From contig JAHPZH010000004.1 in the NCBI GenBank assembly GCA_019058315.1, positions 384,001 to 448,000 on the forward strand: a DNA stretch of 64,000 bases, read 5' to 3'. This DNA comes from Candidatus Helarchaeota archaeon (GTDB lineage: Archaea > Asgardarchaeota > Lokiarchaeia > Helarchaeales > RDOG01). The notes under the pieces are model-generated. The model was not told the DNA's origin. It ran no database searches and saw only the letters and a list, made by a program, of their open reading frames with translations. A program made the translations under genes and the position numbers. Of the stretch, positions 20,621 through 28,619 are shown piece after piece (position 1 is the stretch's first letter; every line of letters starts with the position of its first letter).

Positions 20621-21328
20621 TTGGAATACAAAGTTTTAAGATTGCTCTTTGGATTCTTAAGCGAATATGTGGGAAATCCGCTCTATATCTCTGGAAATGC
20701 AATTCGCCATGCTTTTCATAAAAAAATTAATACATCGGTTGGATGTTTTACAGAATTAAGACGATTGGATGCAATAAATAGCTATGAAGCTTTTATTAAA
20801 ATCAGAATAGAGAAGCCTTTTTTAATACCTCACACTCAATCTTTTTTTTCTAAGATTGAAAGGAAGAAAAAACATCTAATTTATTTCACACCTACTTCAA
20901 TAACCTTCGATATTATTAATCCTCCTGAGAATCTTATTAATTTTATTAAAAATTTGAATATAATTCAGTTGGGTGGTTTAAGAAATGAAGGTTTTGGAGC
21001 TGTTGAACTTCTTGATCATCTACTTATTGATTTAAAAAAAATTGAATATCCTGATATTGGGACACATGTAACTCTTATATCACCAATATTATATGTTCCA
21101 AAATTTCTTGAAACTTATCAGTGTCGTCAGGAATATGTAATTTTTTGGAATAATAGTAAAAAAAATCGGATAAAAATAATCTCACCTGGACAATTTTTCA
21201 GAATAAAAAAGAATAAAAACATAAAAAAAATTGCAGAAAAAGGGATCTTACGCAAGGTTTTATTTGGTCAGTTCGGGTTTGGTGAATTCTTTGTTAATAA
21301 TTGGCCAAAGGAGGAGGAAAATGAATAA
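20621..21328 (+). CDS. cas5: Cas5-like RAMP protein (HRAMP/ARAMP type)
   Basis: YVGNPLYISGNAIRHA, QLGGLRNEGFG and terminal GQFGFGEF Gly loops. Confidence 0.7.
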   Translation: MEYKVLRLLFGFLSEYVGNPLYISGNAIRHAFHKKINTSVGCFTELRRLDAINSYEAFIKIRIEKPFLIPHTQSFFSKIERKKKHLIYFTPTSITFDIINPPENLINFIKNLNIIQLGGLRNEGFGAVELLDHLLIDLKKIEYPDIGTHVTLISPILYVPKFLETYQCRQEYVIFWNNSKKNRIKIISPGQFFRIKKNKNIKKIAEKGILRKVLFGQFGFGEFFVNNWPKEEENE

Positions 21329-21998
21329 TATACTATCAATTCTACGACATGATCTTCATAAATTGAGGATAAAAGGATTTAAACCCCATAAAGAAGCCTT
21401 AGTTGAGCCTGAAATGAAAAAAGCAGATTCTATAGCCAGTTGGTTTTCAAGAAATGGCAATAAAATAGAGTTCGATATTAATAAAAGACTGTATTTGAGG
21501 GATTCTTATTTGATTAAAATTGAAAAAAATAAAATCAGAAATCAAATCATTAAAAAAAGAGAAGAAATTTTTAAAATTTTTAATGAAAAAAATCCTACAA
21601 AATTACATTCTCAGATTTTAAACTCAAAGGTTCTAAATAAATTTTCAGAGGCACGAATTTGCCCCCATAGTAGCTATAAATATCATTTGCTTTTAACTTG
21701 CAGTATTTATTGGAATTTGAAAAATAGTAATTGTTGGCAAAAATTATATTTAGCAGAAAATGCCGAAATTGATAGTCCGTTTCAGATTATCTACAAAGAT
21801 GATCAACGTGAATGGGCACTTACTCCTAACGGAGGAATGTCCCGCGTTTTCCCACAGTTTTCTAGAACTTGGTTGAGACGTCAAACATTTAGTTTAGGAG
21901 GTGATGATCTCATCCTCGATGGACTCCTATCCCAAATCGGGAGTTGGAGTGCTGCACTTGCAACAATCGAGGATTGGAGAGAGCTTCAAAAACCATAA
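21321..21998 (+). CDS. cas10: Miniature Cas10-like protein (225 aa)
   Basis: ATG 21321 after GAGGAGG; HDLHK, ADSIASWFSR, PHSSYKYHLLLT, LGGDDLIL motifs in Cas10 order. Confidence 0.65.
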   Translation: MNNILSILRHDLHKLRIKGFKPHKEALVEPEMKKADSIASWFSRNGNKIEFDINKRLYLRDSYLIKIEKNKIRNQIIKKREEIFKIFNEKNPTKLHSQILNSKVLNKFSEARICPHSSYKYHLLLTCSIYWNLKNSNCWQKLYLAENAEIDSPFQIIYKDDQREWALTPNGGMSRVFPQFSRTWLRRQTFSLGGDDLILDGLLSQIGSWSAALATIEDWRELQKP

Positions 21999-22051
21999 AT
22001 ATAGCAAGGGAAAAATTAGCTTGACTCGGTGCCTAACAATGCATAGTACCA

Positions 22052-22097
22052 CTAAATAACCAGTTTTCGGGGAATTTAACTATAAAATTAACAGTTA
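22052..22097 (+). repeat. 46-bp repeat copy 2
   Basis: 41/46 identical to 19686-19731; identical to 28361-28406. Confidence 0.85.
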
Positions 22098-22309
22098 ATC
22101 AAAGCTCTAAATAGAATAATCCTAAAAACAAAGTTACGTCTCGGTCTCAGCAGTGTAGACCGAAAAGAGGTAAAATCTGGAAATAGAAATTATCTCAATG
22201 TATAGTACAACTAAATATAAAGAACCATCTTTATGCATCATATCCAGAAGCGGATTCACTAAGTTTCTCAGTTCACTTTAATAACCTTAATAATTAATCT
22301 TTCATAATA
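22098..22309 (+). ncRNA. Candidate structured RNA downstream of the RAMP operon
   Basis: Hairpins TCGGTCT/AGACCGA, GAGGTAA/TTATCTC enclosing TCTG-GAAA-TAGA, TGTA/TACA, ATAAAGA/TCTTTAT, ATCC/GGAT; conserved in copy 28407-28619. Confidence 0.4.
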
Positions 22310-23399
22310 CTAATCATATTCCCTAACTAATTCAAAAGTTTGTTTTAAGAACTTAGAAGTTCCTTTTTTTTGCATTAAATCTAGAAGTGGGTTTATGGGA
22401 AGAAAAATTATTTGGTTTTTAATAAAATTATCAAGAATTTTTAAAAATTTTAAAGATCCTGAGACACTAGTTGCCAATGAGAGGATTGCTGAAAATTTAT
22501 TTAAATCTGTATATCTTATGCCTATTATCGTGTTTATCCACCACCCAAATTGCTCTGACAATTGATGTTTTGCGATTAAAAGGGCTTTTTCAACATTTCT
22601 TTCCCGTTCAAAAATATCAATTACTTGTTCTTTAGAGATAGTGTAGAATTTTTCTAATGAACCATTTTTTAAATCTAAACCTAAAATCGTTTGTAATTTT
22701 ATATCTTGATCGAAAATGAACATTATTGTCCTAACTTGATATCCATAAATGAAATTAAAAGCTCTATTATAACTTAGTATTGAAGGGGGATTTAATTTTT
22801 TTAAATCAAAATTAAAAAATGTTTTTCCCCAACGTCTAAATAACACAATTTTACCATCAGAAGTCCATAAATCATCTGATTTGGTAATAAATTCTGTAAA
22901 TTTGATAAGGAAATTTTTAAAATTATATTTAGACATTATATCTTTCAAATAATTAAATATTTCAAATCTTGTTATAAAAGCGGTATTTACTTTCAGATAT
23001 TTTTCATTATAGAATACCTGATATTTTTTATGAAATTGTTTAGCGAGTTCTGCCATAAGATCCTGCATTGAATGTTTCTTCTTTTTGATTTTTTCAAATC
23101 TATGCTCAATTTTTTTATTATCCAGAAATGTAAAAACCAACTTATAAGGTGTTGTAAGAATTACAAATGATGCTATTTTCTTTTCATTTATCAAGGAAAA
23201 AACAACATTTTGAGGAGGTAATAATTTCGTAATTACGTTTCTAAAGGTTAAGGCATCGAAATTATCATTATCTGTAATAAATTTTTTAAGAAAATCTAAA
23301 AATAAGGGAGGATTATAAACTTGAATTCTTTCTTCTTTATACATTTTAGCTAAAAAATTCCAAAGAGCTGCAATATAGTCTAAAAATTCATATTTTAAT
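22310..23399 (-). pseudogene. 5'-truncated duplicate of the gene at 28620-30200
   Basis: Homology starts abruptly at 23399 (equivalent to 29709); reading frame intact. Confidence 0.8.
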
Positions 23400-23438
23400 A
23401 ATTAGTCAAAAATAAATAGTTTTGCATCCTTTAAAATT

Positions 23439-24182
23439 TTATATTAATTGTTTAGAATAAATACCTAATAAGATTGAACTAATAATAATTATTATTAATC
23501 CTAAAATTACTATCCAAGAAAATAAAATTGCTAATTGTTGTAATTGGTTATCTAACGCATCTATAGCCATGTATTCAGGAAAGAATACCAAAAAAAATAC
23601 AATAAATGATGGCTCAAAATATAATAAGGTTAGAAATGTTGAATGCCTGAGTAAATATCTTGTAGTAAAAACCCTAATTATATATGGAATTATTGAAAAT
23701 CCCATAAATAATAATATTCCTATAAGAAGTAATAATTTAAAATAGAATGTTGGAACTTGGGGTATTATTAATTCACCAGCAAGTGTATCTCTTTTACTTC
23801 GTCTGAAAATTAAAAAATTAAAGAATAATGCGACTATTATTGAACAAATTAACATGATAGCAAAATATATAATGAATGATGGAATATTATAGGATGTAAT
23901 TGAAGATGCTAACACACCAAGATTAAACCATATGGATAAAATTTGAGATAAAGACCCCAAAATAAAACCTATTTTGGCATATTTTGGTATTTTTTTGATG
24001 CTATATAATATAAAAAAAATTTTTGATGGGAAATAGAGGAAAAATGGAATGAGATAAAAGATATAGGTAATCATGTTAAAATTTAAATACAAGGCGATAT
24101 AGCTCAAAATTATAAAATTAATCCAGAAAATGATTATTAGTCCGAAACTTAGTTTATATGATAATTTATCTTGGATTATCAA
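23439..24182 (-). CDS. Integral membrane protein
   Basis: About 7 hydrophobic segments. Confidence 0.65.
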   Translation of the reverse strand: MIIQDKLSYKLSFGLIIIFWINFIILSYIALYLNFNMITYIFYLIPFFLYFPSKIFFILYSIKKIPKYAKIGFILGSLSQILSIWFNLGVLASSITSYNIPSFIIYFAIMLICSIIVALFFNFLIFRRSKRDTLAGELIIPQVPTFYFKLLLLIGILLFMGFSIIPYIIRVFTTRYLLRHSTFLTLLYFEPSFIVFFLVFFPEYMAIDALDNQLQQLAILFSWIVILGLIIIIISSILLGIYSKQLI

Positions 24183-24699
24183 AAAAAATTTCCCACCTAA
24201 GTTAATTAAATAATTTAATTTTTTATAAAATTTGTTATACTAATCAAGAAATGAATTATAATTAAAATAAAAGAATTAACCTTATTTCTAGAACTCAGTA
24301 ACTCATATTTTGTTTTATATGAATTTTCTGAATCATTGAAACATTAATCTTAGTTACATCAATCTCTTAATAAATATCGTAATAGATTACTATAATTAGG
24401 TTACATATTATCTTATAATCTTATAGTAATAAGATTAATTATAATAACTCTAAATATTGATTACAATTAATTTTGAATTTACCAAATTTATAAAGAGCGC
24501 TCTAATCATTATTTCGGAAAAAAATTATAGATTTCGCAATTTTTAACTATTTTTTTGTAATTTATTATTTCTTCATTGAGAAATTTTAAGAATTCCTCAA
24601 TTTTCAAAATATCATACAATATTATTATAAAGAGTAGTTAATAAACTTAATTCAAATACTAAATACACTTAGTACATTTACAAAAATGGGGTTTACAAA

Positions 24700-27600
24700 G
24701 TGAATAAAAAAACGACTATCGTAATAATAATATTAATTAATTCTATATTGCCAGCAACACTCTTTTTTCACGAAACAGATAATAATATGTTCAATAATTT
24801 TATATCTTTAATTGAAATGGTGAAACAAAAGAATCAGAAACAAGAAAATCAAATAGAATCAGAACCACCCGAATTAGGAAGGACATTAATATTTATATTT
24901 GGATTTGAAGCGGCTGGTCAACTTAATAATTCGACTAATTTCTCGAACATAACAACACCTTATATTCCAGAGTTTAACTTTAATTACAGTTATACCAAAG
25001 TAGATGTGACTTTGGAGAACTATAGTCCATATTATTCTAATAGTATAGTATATTTTCACCGGAGTATCGCTGAATTAGCTTATTTACCTGAAGAAGAATT
25101 TTTATTAGTAGATACAGCATATCACAGCTGGTACGATCAATATAGAAGTCTGGGTTATGCTGAAGGGGAAGCTGGTTCAATGGCTAGAGCGCAAATAGAT
25201 ATTAATATGCTAGCAAGGGCATTATACTTTAGAATTATAGAAAGTGGAGAAGCTTTTTCGAAAATACATATAATAGGACACTCTATGGGCGGTTTAATTG
25301 CAAGAGCATTAGTCTGTTCTTATTATACTTCTTTAAAGGAATATGGTTATCAAATAGAGGCTGTAGCAACGCTCGGGACTCCAAACCATGGAACAAGTCT
25401 AATTAGTAGAAGATATCAAATCTCCCCTCTCGATATTGATTATGCTTGGGTGATAAAATATCGAGATACCTTACAAGCGTCTCAAATGGGATTTGAGTCA
25501 CCCTTTATTCATGATTTAAATGTGGATGGTGATGAAACTCCATATGATGATGAAATTAATTGGGTTACTGTAGCAGGATGGGCAGGAAAATATGGTAGAA
25601 TTTGGAATCCGGGATTAAGTTTTATTTATGGAGGATATGGTCTAGTTCCGTGCCCTGTACCACCATTTGGATACACTATTTTAGCACCATGTATAGCATA
25701 TACATTGGGAATATGTTGGGCTTGGATAATACCTTATCCTTGCTTAATTCCATATTGGACTATCTGTGTTCAAACAATCGAAGTTTGGAATGATAAACTT
25801 GTAGATATATGGAGTGTTCCTTTGAAGGGAGCAAAAAACGAATATACGCCATTCGACCATCAGGGGTTATTAGCAGTAGGTTTGGCTTATCTTAATGATG
25901 AATGGTCCAATGAATTTACTGCTAAGCTATTCAGTGCAATGACGGGTGGAATCATACAACAAATTAGTTTTACTCAATTCCAAGTTGTAGAATCACCCTC
26001 AGCGGATTATAATATTCGAATTTCAGTCCATATCTCTTCAAATATAGGAAATATAATAAAAGAAGACTTTGTTTATGCTAGGATTGACGGAGATGTCTAT
26101 TACTTTACTCCTTGTGAAAGTTGTGAAGATGTGTATTATATGGATCTTCGGTTAGATGATGGTGATTATTCTATTCAAATATTTGCAGAAGATTCAGAAG
26201 ATAATTTAGAATGGTGGACTGAAGGAATATCAATCGCTGATGACGACAATTGTCCACCAAATATTGCATTCCTTCCTAAATTTACTCCAGAAAACCGAAC
26301 TTTTAATGATTCAGTAGTTCAGACTAATTTATCATGGGCAATCTCTGACTATAGTGGGCTTTCTCAAGTAGAGGTAAAATTAAATGATGCTCTAATTAGT
26401 AATGAAGAAATAGGTTATCATCTAGTTGGTAATGATTTAGGAAATTATAAGTGGGAACTATATGCACTTGATAATGATCAAGATAGACCAGATGATCAAT
26501 TATCATCATACAAATCTCAAGAATTTACCATTATAGACGACGATACAACACCCCCATGTATTGATATTTCATATATGGGTGGTAATACGGATGGTAATCC
26601 TGGAACCTGGATGGTGACAGCAATTGATGAAGAAAGCGAGATAGATACTATTAAGGTTCAAATTGATGACGGTCAACCCTTTGAAATAATAAGTGGTTCT
26701 GCGATAGATGTACCTAATAGTCTTGGGATTCACACTATTATGGTAGAGGCAATAAATGGGGATTTGGATCGAGGTACAATTGATCAGGAATCTACAATAA
26801 CTTCAGACAGCCAGATCATTGTCGATGACGATACCATTCATCCGACAGTGACTAATTTAATTATCGAAGACAATTTTTTGAATGTACAAGTTGCTTTGGA
26901 TGCATCGGACGATAGTACAGGTGATGATGAAGGAATTAGCAATATCGACATATTCGTGGATGGTGAATTGATATTAAATTACGTTTCAACACCTTTCGAG
27001 ACTTCGTTTAACTTTGAATTTTCTAATGATTGGATTATGGAGTTTGGAACGCACAAAGTGGAAATACAGGTTACAGATGCGGATGATGATCGCCCTGCAG
27101 ATTCACTTACTACAATCGTTAATAGTACCTTCAAAACCTCGGTTGAAGATATGTCCAATTATATTTTATATGAAATACCTATTCTAAAAGATGATGTGGA
27201 TCAAAGAGTCAATTGTCCTTTTAATAGGATGATTATTAATCAATTGGAAAGGGCAGAGATTTTAATTCAAGATGCTCTTTCTTCATATCTCGATGATTCT
27301 ATTGTAAAATCGATTATATTGGATAAATTAGCTAAAGCTCATGTGGAACTCTCTGATGTAATAACAACAATTTTAGATTGGTTAACTATAATTTCACCAG
27401 AAGATAGTGATTATATCTTGGATTCGCTTCATGAGATACGTGATCATATAACGCTTACTATGGGGGCTATAGTGGGAACTGATGAAGCCGTAGAGATCTC
27501 GATTGTCGAAACCAAAATAGAACAGCTCGCAGATCAGATCTTTGATGACTATTGTTTATCCGTTTCTATCCCAATAGATATCTATCTTTGGTGTGCAGGT

Positions 27601-27822
27601 GAAAACCTTGATTCTACTCTTATCTGGTTAGCTACTAATTATACTTGTCTCGCTGAACAACACATAAATTTTGCAGAATTTAAGTTAGAAAAAGCTAAAT
27701 ATAAAACTAACAACTTACAAGAGAGAGGAAGAATTTCAGATGAAGAAGCTCAGAAAATTTTAATTAAGATAGATATCTTAATCCAAGAGATCATTAATAT
27801 CCGCACTCTTCATAATTTATGA
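24700..27822 (+). CDS. Secreted alpha/beta-hydrolase (lipase/PGAP1-like) with Ig-like repeats
   Basis: Signal peptide; IGHSMGGL, TLGTPNHG, NDKLV, DH; DDD(T/N)xxP-delimited repeats. Confidence 0.8.
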   Translation: MNKKTTIVIIILINSILPATLFFHETDNNMFNNFISLIEMVKQKNQKQENQIESEPPELGRTLIFIFGFEAAGQLNNSTNFSNITTPYIPEFNFNYSYTKVDVTLENYSPYYSNSIVYFHRSIAELAYLPEEEFLLVDTAYHSWYDQYRSLGYAEGEAGSMARAQIDINMLARALYFRIIESGEAFSKIHIIGHSMGGLIARALVCSYYTSLKEYGYQIEAVATLGTPNHGTSLISRRYQISPLDIDYAWVIKYRDTLQASQMGFESPFIHDLNVDGDETPYDDEINWVTVAGWAGKYGRIWNPGLSFIYGGYGLVPCPVPPFGYTILAPCIAYTLGICWAWIIPYPCLIPYWTICVQTIEVWNDKLVDIWSVPLKGAKNEYTPFDHQGLLAVGLAYLNDEWSNEFTAKLFSAMTGGIIQQISFTQFQVVESPSADYNIRISVHISSNIGNIIKEDFVYARIDGDVYYFTPCESCEDVYYMDLRLDDGDYSIQIFAEDSEDNLEWWTEGISIADDDNCPPNIAFLPKFTPENRTFNDSVVQTNLSWAISDYSGLSQVEVKLNDALISNEEIGYHLVGNDLGNYKWELYALDNDQDRPDDQLSSYKSQEFTIIDDDTTPPCIDISYMGGNTDGNPGTWMVTAIDEESEIDTIKVQIDDGQPFEIISGSAIDVPNSLGIHTIMVEAINGDLDRGTIDQESTITSDSQIIVDDDTIHPTVTNLIIEDNFLNVQVALDASDDSTGDDEGISNIDIFVDGELILNYVSTPFETSFNFEFSNDWIMEFGTHKVEIQVTDADDDRPADSLTTIVNSTFKTSVEDMSNYILYEIPILKDDVDQRVNCPFNRMIINQLERAEILIQDALSSYLDDSIVKSIILDKLAKAHVELSDVITTILDWLTIISPEDSDYILDSLHEIRDHITLTMGAIVGTDEAVEISIVETKIEQLADQIFDDYCLSVSIPIDIYLWCAGENLDSTLIWLATNYTCLAEQHINFAEFKLEKAKYKTNNLQERGRISDEEAQKILIKIDILIQEIINIRTLHNL

Positions 27823-27883
27823 CAATAATAAACTCTGCTTCTTAATCTTTTTTTTTTCGAAAAATATCTATTTAGTTATCAAT

Positions 27884-28307
27884 ACACTTTTTGAAAAATT
27901 GAACTTTACTTGTTTTAAAAAAATTTTCATTTTTACTAAAAACCTAGAATATAAAATAATAAGATAAATTTTTAATATTTTTAATTAAACAACTTATTGA
28001 CAGCTTTTTTCTAAAATAAAATAAACTCTTTCTAAATCGATTGGTTTATTTAATTTGTGATTGTTAAAGATTAATTTTATTTAGAAAATATATTTGATTT
28101 TTTACTTAAAATTTAAGATAGAATAATTATAGCTACAGTTAAGTTAAACAAAAGTCTGTAAAATTTATTAAGTTTATCTTTATATTTTTTTTTTACTCAG
28201 AATTTAGAACTTTTTAGTATTATTATTGGTGGGTCCTTTCTCAGATTGAGAGTTGGAGCGCTGTACTTGCAACGATCGAGGATTGGAGTGATCTTCAAGA
28301 AACTTAA
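27884..28307 (+). pseudogene. Relic of the RAMP locus: upstream intergenic pieces fused to the last ~24 codons of mini-cas10
   Basis: 27884-27940 resembles 18791-18848; ~28012-28070 resembles ~19370-19430; 28234-28307 resembles 21925-21998 (SWSAVLATIEDWSDLQET*). Confidence 0.75.
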
Positions 28308-28360
28308 ATATTGCATAGGAAAAATTTGCCTGACATAGTGCCTGACAATGCATAGTTCCA

Positions 28361-28619
28361 CTAAATAACCAGTTTTCGGGGAATTTAACTATAAAATTAA
28401 CAGTTAATCAAAGCTTTAGATTGCTAAATATCAGAAACAAAGGTCTGTCCCAGTCTCAGCAGTGTAGATCGAAAAGAGATAAAATCTAGAAATAGAAATT
28501 ATCTCAATGTATAGTACAACTAAAGAAAGAGAGCTATCTTTATGTATCATATCCAGCAGAGGATTTGCCAAGTTTATTCAGTTCATTCTCATACTCTTAA
28601 TAACTAATCTCTTATAATT
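28361..28619 (+). repeat. 46-bp repeat copy 3 plus second copy of the candidate ncRNA
   Basis: Colinear with 22052-22309 at offset 6309-6310. Confidence 0.85.

Noticed and set aside
21231-21320. Track N-terminal extension of the cas10-like ORF
   Set aside because: Overlaps cas5 by ~100 nt; the ATG at 21321 has a strong GAGGAGG RBS
22115-22129. 14/15 reverse-complement match of the variable segment to the hairpin loops at ~47678 and ~48455
   Set aside because: Short and AT-rich, not reproduced by copy 2, compatible with chance
9300-23400. Classical casposon (PolB, terminal inverted repeats, target-site duplication)
   Set aside because: No family B polymerase, and no convincing TIR or TSD found by eye; a computational search is still needed
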